From an uncultured Bacteroidota bacterium (GTDB lineage Bacteria > Bacteroidota > Ignavibacteria > UBA10030 > UBA6906): 64,000 bases of DNA. Positions 40,063 to 51,706 of the stretch are shown here, piece by piece. The translations under genes and the position numbers were made by a program. The notes beneath the pieces were generated by a model that worked only from the letters and a program-made list of their open reading frames with translations, had not been told where the DNA came from and searched no databases. The DNA lies in contig CAVOYH010000004.1 of assembly GCA_963700635.1 (NCBI GenBank), positions 768,001 through 832,000 on the forward strand, given 5' to 3'. Positions within the stretch are counted from its first letter, which is position 1. Every line of letters starts with the position of its first letter.

Positions 40063-41613
40063 ATGAATTCGGAAATCGTCGAATCGTTCGCGCAGATGGT
40101 CCGCGAGAAAGGGATCGACAAGGATATCCTCGCAGGGATTGTCGAGGATGTGTTCTCGATGATGGTCCGCAAGAAATACGGCCAGGAAGCCAAGTTCGAC
40201 GTCGTGGTGAACATGGACAAGGGCGACATCGAGATCTTCCTGGAACGGGAAGTTGTGGAAGTGGTCGAAGACCCGACGACGCAGATCGACAAGGAGATGG
40301 CGAAGGAGCTTTCGGGCGAAGATCTTGATGTTGGGGAAGACTATGTGGAGGTGGTGCCCCTGGCCACGTTCGGGCGGCGCCTGGTCGTGAGCGCAAAACA
40401 GAACCTGAACCAGCGCATCAAAGAGATCGAACGGGAACTGATTTACAATGAGTACAGCAATACGATCGGGGATATTATCGTGGGCGAGATCTATCAGATC
40501 CGGCGCAACGAGATCCTGATCAACCACAACCGGAATGAACTGATCCTCCCGAAAAACGAGCAGATGTTCAAGGAACGGTACAAGAAGGGTGATACGATCC
40601 GCGCCGCCGTGAAGGAAGTGCGGAAGAACAACGGCAACCCCGCGGTCATTGTTTCGCGCGCGGACCCGAAATTCCTCGCAAAGCTGTTTGAAATGGAAAT
40701 CCCTGAGATCTATGACGGGATCATCGAGATCAAGCGCATCGCCCGGGAACCCGGTGAACGGGCCAAGGTGGCGGTGGAATCACACGACGACCGCATCGAT
40801 GCGGTGGGCGCGTGTGTGGGGATGAAGGGCGTTCGGATCCATACGATTGTGCGCGAATTGAACAATGAGAATATTGACGTCATTAATTTTACCGATGTCC
40901 CGGAACTCTTTATCGCACGCTCCCTGGCGCCGGCAAAACTCAAAAGCGTGGAGGTGAACAAGGAAGACCGCACCGCCAACGTCCTTGTGGCTGCCGACCA
41001 GGTTTCCCTGGCCATCGGCCGCAACGGACAGAACATCCGGCTGGCGAGCAAACTGACAGAATACGAAATCAACCTGATCAAGGAGGGCGGCGACGAAGAC
41101 GAGTATGATATCGAGCTGGTGGATTTCAAACCCGAACTGGGCGCCGAACTGTACGACAAACTGATTACGGCCGGTCTTGAAACCGCCAAGGACGTCCTGA
41201 ATGCCACCATGGACTCCCTGCTGGCGATCGAAGGACTGGATGAAGCCAGGGTCAAAGAGATTCGTGACCTGATCCGCCGTGATCTTGAAGAAGCTGAAGT
41301 GGAAGACGAGGAACCGCAGGTGGAACCGGGGACACCGATTGCCACAGCAACGCCGGACGATCTGCCGCCGGGCGAGGCGGGTGCCGCACGCACTCCGAAC
41401 CCGACGGGTGCTCCTGTTCAGGCGCCGGACGCAACTCCCGCGAAAGACGCAACTCCCGCGAAAGACGCAACTCCCGCGAAGGACGCAGCTCCTGCGGAGG
41501 ACGCAACTCCCGCGAAGGACGCAACTCCTGCGGAGGACGCAACTCCCGCGGAGGACGCACCACCTGCGCCGGACGCAACTCCCGCGCCCGATGACGGTAC
41601 GAAGAACCCGTAA
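40063..41613 (+). CDS. nusA: transcription termination factor NusA with a repetitive C-terminal tail
   Basis: IAREPGERAKVAV, GACVGMKG, LAIGRNGQNIRLA. Confidence 0.96.
   Translation: MNSEIVESFAQMVREKGIDKDILAGIVEDVFSMMVRKKYGQEAKFDVVVNMDKGDIEIFLEREVVEVVEDPTTQIDKEMAKELSGEDLDVGEDYVEVVPLATFGRRLVVSAKQNLNQRIKEIERELIYNEYSNTIGDIIVGEIYQIRRNEILINHNRNELILPKNEQMFKERYKKGDTIRAAVKEVRKNNGNPAVIVSRADPKFLAKLFEMEIPEIYDGIIEIKRIAREPGERAKVAVESHDDRIDAVGACVGMKGVRIHTIVRELNNENIDVINFTDVPELFIARSLAPAKLKSVEVNKEDRTANVLVAADQVSLAIGRNGQNIRLASKLTEYEINLIKEGGDEDEYDIELVDFKPELGAELYDKLITAGLETAKDVLNATMDSLLAIEGLDEARVKEIRDLIRRDLEEAEVEDEEPQVEPGTPIATATPDDLPPGEAGAARTPNPTGAPVQAPDATPAKDATPAKDATPAKDAAPAEDATPAKDATPAEDATPAEDAPPAPDATPAPDDGTKNP
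41428..41589 (+). repeat. 18-bp in-frame tandem repeat x9 (DATPA[K/E/P]) in the nusA 3' end
   Basis: GACGCAACTCCCGCGAAA-like units read directly. Confidence 0.95.
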
Positions 41614-41622
41614 AGGAAACGC

Positions 41623-44427
41623 ATGGCTGAAACAGTAGCAAAGAAAAAGAAGGTCTACAAGGTTGCGACGGAACTCAACCTCTCACACGAGACGTTGATC
41701 GAGTTTCTCCGCAAGAAGGGGCATGAGGTCAAAACGCACATGTCGTCTGTGGACGACGACATGATGCGGGATATCCTCATCCACTTCAAGAAGGACAAGG
41801 ATGTTGCGGAGAAGCACCAGCGAAAGATCCAGGAAATCCGCGAGACGAAAAAGCGCGCGGAACGGAAGGCGATCGAAGAGCAGGCCGAACTGATCGGCAA
41901 ACCTGCGGCCGAGGCCGGAGAAGGCGCCGGCAAGTCCGAGATTCTGGAAGAAGCCGGCGACGTTGAAGTTGTAACGGCTGAAGCCGGAGAGACCGTCGAG
42001 GAGGTCGCGGAAGCCACACCCGCCGCAAGCGAAACAGGTGACGGCGCGCCCGACGCGGTGATGGCAGAGGAAATCGAGACTGCAGAGGAAGTGCCGGCCG
42101 CCGGGGAGGGGGAGGAAGAGATCGTCGTCGCCGAAGAGGCTGAAGAAGCCGTCGAGGCGGAAGAAACTGCGGCAGCAGAAGAAGAAGCGGCAAAGCCTGC
42201 CGAAGGGAAAAAAGGCAAAAAAGCCAGCGAGACAAAATCGCCTCTAGATCTCCAGAAAGACCGCCGCGGCAAGGTCGGACTTACCATCAAAGGGAAGATT
42301 GTGCTCGCGCCGAAAAAACCGGTGCTGAGCAAAGCCGCCAAGGCGGCTGCGGCTGCTGCAGCAGCGGCAGCAACCACAACGACAACCCCCGAATCCGAAG
42401 ACCACAAGAAAAAGAAAAAGGTCAAAAAGCGGGTCAAAGACGAGGTCGTCGAGACCAAAGCGCCCGATACCGAGGACGCCGACCGGAAGAAAAAGAAAAA
42501 GAAGAAACTCCGCCACAAGGAGGTCAATCAGACCGAAGTGCAGGCGGCCATCCGCAGAACGTTTGCGGCGATGGACGATGCTCCGGTCAGCGGCCGCACG
42601 TCATTCAAGAAGCGCAAACGCAAGGAACGGGAAGAAGAAGAAGCCCGTATGCAGGAAGAGGCACTCCGCGAGCAGGGCATCCTCCGCATCACGGAGTTTG
42701 CCTCGGTCAATGACATGGCCAACCTCATGCACGTGAATGTGTCGGATGTTATCAAGAAGTGCATGGAACTGGGAATCATGGTGTCCATCAATCAGCGGCT
42801 GGACAAGGACACGATCCTGCTGGTCGCCGATGAGTTCGGATTCCAGGTGACCTTTGCATCCATCGTTGAAGAAGAAATTGATATCCCCGAACCCGTTGAT
42901 ACGCCGGAGATGATGCAACGCCGTGCTCCGGTGGTGACCATCATGGGCCATGTGGACCACGGCAAGACGTCGCTGCTGGATTATATCCGGCGGGCGAATG
43001 TTGTGGCCGGCGAGGCGGGCGGAATCACGCAGCATATCGGGGCGTATGAGGTGACCACGGCGGCAGGACAGAAGATTACGTTTCTGGACACGCCCGGCCA
43101 CGAAGCGTTTACCGCCATGCGTGCCCGCGGCGCCCAGATCACCGATATTGTGGTGCTGGTCGTGGCCGCAGATGACAGCGTGATGCCCCAGACACTGGAG
43201 GCCATCAGCCACGCCCAGGCCGCTGCCGTTCCGATCATCATTGCCATCAACAAAATCGACAAAGCCGACGCCAACGTGGACCGGATCCGCCAGCAGCTCT
43301 CCGAAAAAAACGTGCTGGTCGAGGAATGGGGCGGAAAATATCAGTGCGTTGAGCTCTCCGCAAAGAGCGGCCTGAACGTGGACCTTCTGCTCGAGAAAAT
43401 CGTGCTGGAATCTGACGTGCTCGACATGAAGGCAAATCCTGACCGGCTTGCCGCAGGCACGATCGTGGAGGCGCAGCTGGACAAGGGAAAGGGGATCACC
43501 GCAACGGTGCTGGTGCAAAAGGGAACCCTGAACGTCGGGGATCCGTTTATCGCCGGTATTTACAGCGGCAAGGTCCGGGCCATGTTCGATGAACGCGGGC
43601 ACCGGGTTGAACGTGCAGGTCCCTCAACACCTGTTCAGCTCACCGGACTCGACGGCTTCCCGCAGGCAGGCGACACGTTTATTGTCGTGGATTCCGACCG
43701 GGTTGCGCGTGAAATCTCGCTGCGCAGGCAGCAGCTTAAACGCGAGCAGGATTTCCGGCAGATCCACCTTACCACACTCGACGACATCTCCCGCCAGATC
43801 AAAGACGGACAGGTCAAGGAGCTCGGGGTGATCGTCAAAGGCGACGTGGATGGATCCGTGGAAGCCCTTGCCGATTCGCTCATGAAGATTCAACACAAGG
43901 AAGTGAAGCTGAATGTGATCCACAGCGGCGTCGGGACAATTTCGGAGTCGGATATCATCCTGGCCACGGCGTCCAATGCGGTCATCATCGGCTTCCGGGT
44001 GCGTCCGAATCTTAACGCACGCCGCCTTGCGGAAAAAGAAAAAGTGGATATCCGGACGTACAACATCATTTACGACGCGATCGATGACATCCATAAGGCC
44101 CTGGAAGGGATGCTTTCTCCTGAAAAGAAAGAGGAGATCGTGGCCACGGTGGACGTCCGGGATGTGTTCAAGGTTCCCAAGATCGGGCTGATCGCCGGCT
44201 GCTACGTGCTGGACGGCAAGATCTCGCGCAACAACCGTGTCCGGCTTGTGCGGGATGGAATCCAGGTGTTCGAAGGGACAATCAGTTCACTCAAACGGTT
44301 CAAGGAAGACGTCCGTGACGTCGAGTCAGGGTTCGAATGCGGCATCGGACTCGAGAATTTTAACGATGTGAAGGTGGGCGATACAATCGAGGCCTTCAAG
44401 ATCGTTGAAAGCAAACGGAAACTCTGA
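41623..44427 (+). CDS. infB: translation initiation factor IF-2
   Basis: [20 protein letters not shown]; long acidic/basic N-terminal region. Confidence 0.98.
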   Translation: MAETVAKKKKVYKVATELNLSHETLIEFLRKKGHEVKTHMSSVDDDMMRDILIHFKKDKDVAEKHQRKIQEIRETKKRAERKAIEEQAELIGKPAAEAGEGAGKSEILEEAGDVEVVTAEAGETVEEVAEATPAASETGDGAPDAVMAEEIETAEEVPAAGEGEEEIVVAEEAEEAVEAEETAAAEEEAAKPAEGKKGKKASETKSPLDLQKDRRGKVGLTIKGKIVLAPKKPVLSKAAKAAAAAAAAAATTTTTPESEDHKKKKKVKKRVKDEVVETKAPDTEDADRKKKKKKKLRHKEVNQTEVQAAIRRTFAAMDDAPVSGRTSFKKRKRKEREEEEARMQEEALREQGILRITEFASVNDMANLMHVNVSDVIKKCMELGIMVSINQRLDKDTILLVADEFGFQVTFASIVEEEIDIPEPVDTPEMMQRRAPVVTIMGHVDHGKTSLLDYIRRANVVAGEAGGITQHIGAYEVTTAAGQKITFLDTPGHEAFTAMRARGAQITDIVVLVVAADDSVMPQTLEAISHAQAAAVPIIIAINKIDKADANVDRIRQQLSEKNVLVEEWGGKYQCVELSAKSGLNVDLLLEKIVLESDVLDMKANPDRLAAGTIVEAQLDKGKGITATVLVQKGTLNVGDPFIAGIYSGKVRAMFDERGHRVERAGPSTPVQLTGLDGFPQAGDTFIVVDSDRVAREISLRRQQLKREQDFRQIHLTTLDDISRQIKDGQVKELGVIVKGDVDGSVEALADSLMKIQHKEVKLNVIHSGVGTISESDIILATASNAVIIGFRVRPNLNARRLAEKEKVDIRTYNIIYDAIDDIHKALEGMLSPEKKEEIVATVDVRDVFKVPKIGLIAGCYVLDGKISRNNRVRLVRDGIQVFEGTISSLKRFKEDVRDVESGFECGIGLENFNDVKVGDTIEAFKIVESKRKL

Positions 44428-44428
44428 T

Positions 44429-44800
44429 ATGTCGATCCGTACGGAACGTGTGGCCTCATTGTTGAAGGAAGAACTCGGTGCCGTCCTCGTCCGTGACTAC
44501 AGCGACCCGTCGTACGGGTTTATCACCATCACGGATGTCCGCGTCACCGGCGACCTGCGCATCGCCAAAGTGTATTTCAGCATCATGGGGGACGCAGAAA
44601 TCCAGAAGAAGACCATGGCCATGCTGGAGCGGGAGCGGTCTCACCTGAGGGGGATGATCGGGTCGAAACTCAGACTGCGGTTTGTGCCGGATCTGCACTT
44701 CTATCAGGATACGACCATGGAGCGGGTGCACCGGATCAATACGCTGATCAACGAGATTCACAAAGACGACGACAAAAAGGGTGACCGAAAAGAGGAGTGA
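44429..44800 (+). CDS. rbfA: 30S ribosome-binding factor A
   Basis: RTERVA...[18 protein letters not shown]...LRFVPDLHF. Confidence 0.95.
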   Translation: MSIRTERVASLLKEELGAVLVRDYSDPSYGFITITDVRVTGDLRIAKVYFSIMGDAEIQKKTMAMLERERSHLRGMIGSKLRLRFVPDLHFYQDTTMERVHRINTLINEIHKDDDKKGDRKEE

Positions 44801-45476
44801 GGCGGTTCCGGAGGCGGGGGAGATGCTGTTGGTGGACAAGCCGCCAGGGTGGACTTCCTTTGATGTCGTGAACAAAATCCGGCGCGCACACGGCGGACTG
44901 AAGATGGGACACGCCGGAACGCTCGATCCGATCGCCACCGGCCTCCTGATTCTCTGCACCGGACGCAAGCGGAAAGAGATTGACAGCTACATGGGGCTGG
45001 AGAAGGAATATGTTGCAGAGATGAAGCTGGGTATCCGCACGCCGAGTTACGATATGGAAACGGCAGTGACGGACGTGTCGCCTGTTGAGTCGATCACCGG
45101 AGAACAGGTGAGGAATGTGATGGGGGAGTATGTCGGGACCATACAACAGATTCCCCCGATGTGGTCGGCTGTGAAGGTCGGGGGGAAACGGCTTTATGCG
45201 CTTGCGCGCAAGGGTGTCGAAATTGAGCGCCCGTCCCGTGAAGTGCACATCTCCAGAATCCAGCCGGACCGGATTGATGTGCCGGTGGTTGTGTTTACCG
45301 TCGTGTGCTCGAAGGGGACGTATATCCGCACGTTGATTCATGATATCGGCGAGCAGCTTGGTTGCGGGGCGACGATGACGGCGCTGAGGCGGACGCGCAT
45401 CGGTCCGTACAACATTGCAGATGCATATAGTGTACAACAACTCGTGGAACGGGCCCAGGCCCAGCGAAGTGTATGA
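44781..45476 (+). CDS. truB: tRNA pseudouridine(55) synthase
   Basis: [28 protein letters not shown]. Confidence 0.96.
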   Translation: MTEKRSEAVPEAGEMLLVDKPPGWTSFDVVNKIRRAHGGLKMGHAGTLDPIATGLLILCTGRKRKEIDSYMGLEKEYVAEMKLGIRTPSYDMETAVTDVSPVESITGEQVRNVMGEYVGTIQQIPPMWSAVKVGGKRLYALARKGVEIERPSREVHISRIQPDRIDVPVVVFTVVCSKGTYIRTLIHDIGEQLGCGATMTALRRTRIGPYNIADAYSVQQLVERAQAQRSV

Positions 45477-46435
45477 ACGTTGTTCGTTCTTTAGATGAGC
45501 TGAAGCGCGACAAAAACTCCGTCGTGACGGTCGGCACCTTTGATGGCATTCATCGTGCACACCGGGAGATTATCCGGGAGGTCGTGCACCGCGCAAAAAT
45601 GCGGGAGGGTCGGAGTGTGGTCGTGACGTTCGATCCGCACCCAAAAGAAGTCGTGGCGTCGGAACGGGGCGCCGTTCAACTTCTTTCCACGCTCGACGAA
45701 CGAATTGTGCTTCTGTCCGCCCTGCACGTTGACACACTTCTCGTGATCCCCTTCACCTACGAGTTTTCGCGGAAGAGCGCGCTGGAGTTCTATACGGAAT
45801 ATGTGGACGGCGCTGTGGGCGTGAGCGAAGTGGTCGTGGGGTACGACCATACCTTCGGGAGAGACAGGGAAGCGGGCACTGCAGAACTGGTTTCGCTGGG
45901 CAGAGACCTGGACTTCTCGGTCTTTGCCGTTCATCCGCTCACAAGCGATGGGGACACGATCAGCAGCACCCGCATCCGGAAGACCCTGGCAGGGGGCGAC
46001 GTGGAACGTGCGGAGCGTATGCTGGGATATCCGTACCGGATGGCGGCGACGGTGATCGGCGGGGACCGCAGGGGAAGAACCATCGGGTTTCCGACTGCGA
46101 ACCTGGAGCCCCTGACAGCGCGGAAACAGGTCCCCGGAGACGGCGTGTACCTCGTCGCCGTTCAGATCGCGGGGATACAACGGTACGGTCTTATGAACAT
46201 CGGCCTGCGCCCGACAGTCAGTGCCGGTACGGCGCGCGTCGTGGAAGTACACATTCTGGATTTTTCAGAAAATATTTACAATGAACGGTTGGACGTCACC
46301 TTTCTCCGGCGCCTCCGCGATGAGAAGAAATTCGCCTCGATCGCAGACCTGGTGGAACAGCTTGGCAAAGACCGCGAGCATGCGCGTACCCTGATTTCTT
46401 CTCTAACATATTCTCCAACACAAACCAAGGAGTAG
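45473..46435 (+). CDS. ribF: bifunctional riboflavin kinase/FAD synthetase
   Basis: [27 protein letters not shown]. Confidence 0.96.
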   Translation: MNVVRSLDELKRDKNSVVTVGTFDGIHRAHREIIREVVHRAKMREGRSVVVTFDPHPKEVVASERGAVQLLSTLDERIVLLSALHVDTLLVIPFTYEFSRKSALEFYTEYVDGAVGVSEVVVGYDHTFGRDREAGTAELVSLGRDLDFSVFAVHPLTSDGDTISSTRIRKTLAGGDVERAERMLGYPYRMAATVIGGDRRGRTIGFPTANLEPLTARKQVPGDGVYLVAVQIAGIQRYGLMNIGLRPTVSAGTARVVEVHILDFSENIYNERLDVTFLRRLRDEKKFASIADLVEQLGKDREHARTLISSLTYSPTQTKE

Positions 46436-46439
46436 CACA

Positions 46440-46709
46440 ATGGCCGTGACAAAAGAAATGAAGGCCGACATTATCAAGAAATACGGAAAGTCAGAGTCCG
46501 ACACGGGCATTCCAGAAGTGCAGGTCGCGTTGCTCACCGCGCGGATCAATGACCTTACACCGCACTTTGACAAATTTAAGAAAGATCATCACTCGCGCCT
46601 GGGGTTATTGAAGATGGTGGGTAAACGCCGCCGCCTGCTCGACTACCTGCGCGAAAAAGACGTTGAGCGGTACCGGAAGATCATTGAAGCACTGCAGTTA
46701 CGCAAGTAG
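46440..46709 (+). CDS. rpsO: 30S ribosomal protein S15
   Basis: [13 protein letters not shown]...[20 protein letters not shown]. Confidence 0.98.
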   Translation: MAVTKEMKADIIKKYGKSESDTGIPEVQVALLTARINDLTPHFDKFKKDHHSRLGLLKMVGKRRRLLDYLREKDVERYRKIIEALQLRK

Positions 46710-46747
46710 TACACCAGGGTCGAGAGAGACCAGAAAGAGTAAAACGT

Positions 46748-48934
46748 ATGAAAGTCACGAAAGAAATCGAAATAGGAGGTAAGACCTTTTCCCTCGAAAC
46801 CGGACGTTTTGCCAAGCAGGCAGACGGCGCGGTGATGGCTCGTTTCGGCGATACCATGGTGCTGGCCACCGTGGTGGCGAAGAAAGAACCGAAGGAGGGC
46901 ATGGACTACTTCCCCTTGCAGGTGGAATACCGCGAGAAAGCGGCGTCCGCCGGCAAAATTCCGGGCGGATTCTTCAAGCGCGAAGCCCGGCCGTCAGAAA
47001 AAGAGATCCTCTCGGCCCGTATTATCGACCGTCCTATCCGTCCCATGTTCCCGGCATGGTATCAATGCGAAACACAGGTTATCGTGACCGTCTATTCGTC
47101 CGACCAGCAACACGACGGGGATGTGCTGGGCGCCGTCGCCGCCTCCGCGGCCCTGATGATCTCCGATATCCCGTTCGAGGGTCCTATCGCTGAAGTGAGG
47201 GTGGGACGTATCAACGGAGAACTCATCATCAACCCGACGTTCACCCAGCTGGTGACCAGCGACATGGACATCACCGTTGCCGGCACCGATGATTCTATCG
47301 TCATGGTCGAAGGTGAAGCGCAGGAGATCTCCGAACAGGAAATGCTCGACGCCCTGGAATTCGCCCACGGATACATCCGCCAGATGTGCGCGTTACAGGT
47401 GACGCTCGCGAAGGAGTCCGGCAAAGCAAAACGCCCGACTCCGGGCGCGACGGGTGATCCGAGCCTGCAGGCGGAAGTGGAGCAACTGGCCGGGGAACGA
47501 ATCAGGGTCCTGGCTGCAACACCCCTGCTGAAGGAAGAGCGTGCCCAGAAAACCGCCGAACTGCAGAAAGAAGTACTCACTGCAATGGCGGAAAAATACC
47601 CCGAAGGCGAAGCGATCATCAAGGAGATGCTCCACGATATGGAGTATTCCGCCATGCGTGAGCTGATTCTCGCACACGGCAAACGCCTCGACGGCCGCGG
47701 GCTCCGGGATATCCGGCCCATCACCATCGAAGTCGGAATTCTGCCCCGGACTCACGGTTCGGCGCTCTTCCAGCGCGGCGAAACACAGAGTCTTACCACA
47801 CTGACGCTCGGCACCAAGCTGGACGAGCAGATCATCGACGGACTGCTTCCGGAATACTCCAAACGATTCATGCTCCACTACAACTTCCCGCCGTTTTCGG
47901 TGGGAGAGGTTGGCCGCCTTGGAACCACCGGACGCCGCGAAATCGGCCACGGGAACCTGGCAGAACGGTCGATCAAGATCATGATGCCCGATCAAAAAAC
48001 ATTTCCGTATACCGTGCGCCTGGTGTCCGATGTTCTGGAATCCAACGGTTCCTCATCCATGGCAACGGTCTGCGCGGCAACACTTGCCCTGCAGGACGGC
48101 GGAGCGCCGCTCAAGAAGGCGGTGGCGGGCATCGCGATGGGCCTTGTGAAGGAAAAAGACAGGGTGGCTATCCTGAGCGATATCCTGGGGAATGAAGATC
48201 ATCTCGGTGACATGGACTTCAAGGTCGCGGGCACAAAAGACGGCATTACCGCGTGTCAGATGGATATCAAGATCCGCGGAATCTCCATGCCGATCATGCG
48301 TGATGCACTTATGCAGGCGAAAGAAGGCAGACTGCATATACTCGGAAAGATGGAAGAAGCCATCCCGGGACCGCGGGCAGACCTTTCGTCATTCGCTCCA
48401 CGCCTCACGACCCTTATGATTCCCGTGGATATGATCGGTGCGGTGATCGGACCCGGCGGGAAGAACATCCGGAAAATCGTGAGCGAAAGCGGAGCGGAAA
48501 TCAATATCGAAGACGATGGATCGGTGGTTGTCGCGGCAACGTCAAAGGAGTCGGCAGACAAGGCCATCAGCGCCATCAGCCGGATCACCGAAGTACCGGA
48601 GGTGGGAAAAATATATTCCGCAACGGTGAAAAAGATCATGGACTTCGGCGTGTTCGTGGAATTCCTTCCCGGCAAGGAAGGTCTTGTCCATGTTTCACAA
48701 CTGGACGTCAAACGTGTCGCATCCCCGTCAGATGTCACAAAGGTGGGTGATGTGTTTGACGTCAAGATCGTGGACAAGGACGATCAGGGACGCTGGAAGC
48801 TGAGCCGGAAGGCCGTGCTTGCCCCGGATCAGCCTTACGAGCGTACGCCGCCGCGTGAAGGTGGTGACAGGCCGCAGGGCGAACGGAGATCACACGATGG
48901 TGGGTCCCGCCGCGGGGGAGACCACAAACACTAA
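46748..48934 (+). CDS. pnp: polyribonucleotide nucleotidyltransferase
   Basis: [41 protein letters not shown] and S1 domains. Confidence 0.98.
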   Translation: MKVTKEIEIGGKTFSLETGRFAKQADGAVMARFGDTMVLATVVAKKEPKEGMDYFPLQVEYREKAASAGKIPGGFFKREARPSEKEILSARIIDRPIRPMFPAWYQCETQVIVTVYSSDQQHDGDVLGAVAASAALMISDIPFEGPIAEVRVGRINGELIINPTFTQLVTSDMDITVAGTDDSIVMVEGEAQEISEQEMLDALEFAHGYIRQMCALQVTLAKESGKAKRPTPGATGDPSLQAEVEQLAGERIRVLAATPLLKEERAQKTAELQKEVLTAMAEKYPEGEAIIKEMLHDMEYSAMRELILAHGKRLDGRGLRDIRPITIEVGILPRTHGSALFQRGETQSLTTLTLGTKLDEQIIDGLLPEYSKRFMLHYNFPPFSVGEVGRLGTTGRREIGHGNLAERSIKIMMPDQKTFPYTVRLVSDVLESNGSSSMATVCAATLALQDGGAPLKKAVAGIAMGLVKEKDRVAILSDILGNEDHLGDMDFKVAGTKDGITACQMDIKIRGISMPIMRDALMQAKEGRLHILGKMEEAIPGPRADLSSFAPRLTTLMIPVDMIGAVIGPGGKNIRKIVSESGAEINIEDDGSVVVAATSKESADKAISAISRITEVPEVGKIYSATVKKIMDFGVFVEFLPGKEGLVHVSQLDVKRVASPSDVTKVGDVFDVKIVDKDDQGRWKLSRKAVLAPDQPYERTPPREGGDRPQGERRSHDGGSRRGGDHKH

Positions 48935-48963
48935 TCCGGGCAGGCAAGTGCCGGAAAAACATT

Positions 48964-49005
48964 CAAGGGACGCAGAGAATTTTCCTCTGCGTCCCTTGTG
49001 TTGTA
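48964..49005 (+). terminator. hairpin terminator after pnp
   Basis: CAAGGGACGCAGAG-AATTTTC-CTCTGCGTCCCTTG (14-bp stem) then T-rich, between convergent genes. Confidence 0.8.
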
Positions 49006-49053
49006 TTCTGGCGTGGCCGCGTTAATCCGTGCGCCCGGCCGCGGGGTTTCTGA

Positions 49054-50694
49054 TTACAGCGAAAGGATCTGGTGTTTGAACCCGGTGATGTCCACTTCTC
49101 CCGGGAGCCACTTCATAAAGTCGGGACCGTACTTGTTCAAAAAATACACAACGCTCAGCTGGCGTTCCTGAAGAATTCCGCCCGGCAGCACTGACCCTAC
49201 TGCGCGTTCAATCTGCCTCACTGCAGTTTCATTCCGCCTTTTCTGCGCCGCCACGCTCTTATCCTTGAGCACGCCCAGGTTGATATCAGTCTTTGACGTG
49301 GCATTCTCCAATGCTCCGAGCAAGGTCGGATCGAGCTCCTTCAGTCCGAAACGGAGTTCCGTCAATAAAGCGTGGATACCCTTTGTTGTGCGAAGAAAGA
49401 GATCGTCCAGCTTGATATCGGAAATCTGTTCCATCACACGGGCCGTCAGCATTGAGTGATCTCCGAACAGCTCGCCAATCTGGAGATTGTACTTTTCGAG
49501 CACGCGCTGAACCCGCTCCTCCACAACCGTGGCGCTGGCCCGGGGGTAAAGCAAGGGCTGAGGTACCCCGAAGTGCGCATACAGTGGGGAGATCTGTGCA
49601 TGATAGGCAATCTCGGAAGGTCCTGCGATGTACGCCACCGTGGGCAGAAGTGTGTCCTGCGCAAGCGGGCGGAGCACCACATTGGGGCTGAGGAATTCAG
49701 GGGTATCGGTCGCGATCCGCTTGAGTTCCTCAGGCTCAAGAAAATGCCTGGTTCCACGAAGGCTGAAGTCACTCTCGCGCGGTTCGATGGGGTAGCGGCC
49801 ACCCTTGTGAAAGAGAAACAGGTTCACCGATTTTGGCTTTACCTGGGCATGGTAGGATTTTTCAAGCTCGGCGCTCTGCCCGATCACTATCTGTGATGAC
49901 GCAGGGAATTCCCCGATTTCACGCAAAAAGAGGGGTGAGAGGATACGTTTCAGGGCCGGATCATTAGCCGAGATGAACACGATCCCATCATCGGGAAAGA
50001 GCCGGTTCAGCCACCTGGCGAACGCCTCGTTGAATGAGACGCCGGGAGCATAACAGCCCCGGAGTGATTCCATCAACTCGGGGGTAAACTCGGTTTCCTG
50101 CAAGGCGTTTTGCAGCGCGGCAAGAGTCTCCTCGATGGAGCTCTCGAACCGGTGCTCCCCGACAGGCCCGGGGTTTCTGTCCGGCATCTCCCCCCCGGGA
50201 AGGTACTCGATGCGGGTCACTGCGCCGGCGGGGTCCAGAACCTGGGCATGATGCATCTCGGCGAAGTCGTGGTCCTCCCCTTCGAGCCAGAATACCGGGA
50301 CAAAGGAAAAGAGGGGGTACTTTTGTTTAAGACGATGGGCAAGCCTGATGGTTGTCAGCGTCTTCAGGACCGTGTAGAACGGCCCCCCGAAAAGCCCGAC
50401 CTGCTGACCGGTGACAACCGCGAACGTCGTGGGACTTTCAAGCGCCGAGATGTTCCCGAGGGTCTTCTTTGTTGAGCCATAGTGCTGGTTTTGTTCGCGA
50501 AGCACATGTGTGAGCACGGTCCGGTTGCGGGTCCATTCCTGCTGTTCCCGGATGACATGTTCGAACGAACTGTTCTCGCGGAAATTTAGCCGGTAGAAGG
50601 GGCGCGCGGTGTCGGTGCTTGCGAGGAAGTCAAAAAAAAGCCGACTGTATCCTCCCGCTGAGGGAGGGAGCTGGTTGTATTCTATCCATGTCAT
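49054..50694 (-). CDS. bshC: bacillithiol biosynthesis cysteine-adding enzyme
   Basis: VVTGQQVGLFGGP, FWLEGEDHD, SPNVVLRP, YIAGPSEIAY, LQER. Confidence 0.93.
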   Translation of the reverse strand: MTWIEYNQLPPSAGGYSRLFFDFLASTDTARPFYRLNFRENSSFEHVIREQQEWTRNRTVLTHVLREQNQHYGSTKKTLGNISALESPTTFAVVTGQQVGLFGGPFYTVLKTLTTIRLAHRLKQKYPLFSFVPVFWLEGEDHDFAEMHHAQVLDPAGAVTRIEYLPGGEMPDRNPGPVGEHRFESSIEETLAALQNALQETEFTPELMESLRGCYAPGVSFNEAFARWLNRLFPDDGIVFISANDPALKRILSPLFLREIGEFPASSQIVIGQSAELEKSYHAQVKPKSVNLFLFHKGGRYPIEPRESDFSLRGTRHFLEPEELKRIATDTPEFLSPNVVLRPLAQDTLLPTVAYIAGPSEIAYHAQISPLYAHFGVPQPLLYPRASATVVEERVQRVLEKYNLQIGELFGDHSMLTARVMEQISDIKLDDLFLRTTKGIHALLTELRFGLKELDPTLLGALENATSKTDINLGVLKDKSVAAQKRRNETAVRQIERAVGSVLPGGILQERQLSVVYFLNKYGPDFMKWLPGEVDITGFKHQILSL

Positions 50695-50905
50695 AGTGGC
50701 GGAATATCGGCAAAAAACCCGTTGCATTCAAGTCGAAAGTTTTGTAGCATTTATAAAGTTCTTAAAGCCGGAACGTTCCTGTCGAGTAGTTCATCTTGTG
50801 TTCCTTGCAACTTGTTGCTCTACCTATCTCTTTGTACCTCTGGCCGCATGGCCTTCCGCAGGAGTGTGTCCGGTTCCCCGTCGCGTCACCTGTCTCTGAG
50901 TGCCT

Positions 50906-51475
50906 ATGAAGAAGTCGCTGCTTGACTATACCCTGAAGATCCGGGTTCCGCTTGTTGTCTTCGTGGCAATTGGATCCTTTATCGGGACCTATTATTTATC
51001 GCGTGCGGAGCGGGATGGTGTCGGGTATGCTCCGGAACAACCCATCAACTTCTCGCACAAACTGCACGCGGGTGCCATGGGGATTGACTGCAAATACTGC
51101 CACACGGCCGTAACCTCGTCGCCGCACGCTACAATACCCCCGGCTGCGACCTGCATGAACTGTCACACCATCGCACGAAAAAACCGGCCCGAGATCATCT
51201 CACTTACGCGGTATTATGAAGAGGGAAGAGCCATTCCCTGGAAACGGGTCCACCGTGTTCCTGATTATGCGTACTTCAACCACAGTGCGCATGTGAATAA
51301 AGGGATTGATTGCGCGAACTGTCACGGAGCCGTGGAGAACATGGACGTTGTCGCTCAGGTGTCGTCGTTCACCATGGCGGCGTGTCTGGATTGCCACCGG
51401 ACAGCACCGGTGCGGCTCGCGTCTGTTGCAGGCATCACGCGCGGCCCCGAAAACTGTAACACCTGTCATCGGTAG
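50906..51475 (+). CDS. actA: alternative complex III pentahaem cytochrome c subunit
   Basis: N-terminal TM, QPINFSHKLHAG, five CxxCH motifs. Confidence 0.9.
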   Translation: MKKSLLDYTLKIRVPLVVFVAIGSFIGTYYLSRAERDGVGYAPEQPINFSHKLHAGAMGIDCKYCHTAVTSSPHATIPPAATCMNCHTIARKNRPEIISLTRYYEEGRAIPWKRVHRVPDYAYFNHSAHVNKGIDCANCHGAVENMDVVAQVSSFTMAACLDCHRTAPVRLASVAGITRGPENCNTCHR

Positions 51476-51484
51476 GAGAAGAGG

Positions 51485-51706
51485 ATGCCATCGTTATCGC
51501 CAGAGACTACCCGCCCTCGCATGCGCCGCCGCTCATTTGTCGTGAGAGTGGCTGCGGCAATTGTTGCCGGATTTGGTGCGGGGCATATCTTCCGCCATCT
51601 TACGCATTCCGCGCCGGCTCCGCCGGGAAGCAGTGCGACTGTGTCAGTGCGCCCTCATCCAGAAGCCGTTTCCCGAACACGTCCAAGGCCGCCGTCCCAT
51701 GAATGA
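51485..51706 (+). CDS. 73-aa protein with a twin-arginine-like signal/anchor inside the act operon
   Basis: GAGG RBS, RRRSFVV plus hydrophobic helix; its stop overlaps the actB start. Confidence 0.55.
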   Translation: MPSLSPETTRPRMRRRSFVVRVAAAIVAGFGAGHIFRHLTHSAPAPPGSSATVSVRPHPEAVSRTRPRPPSHE

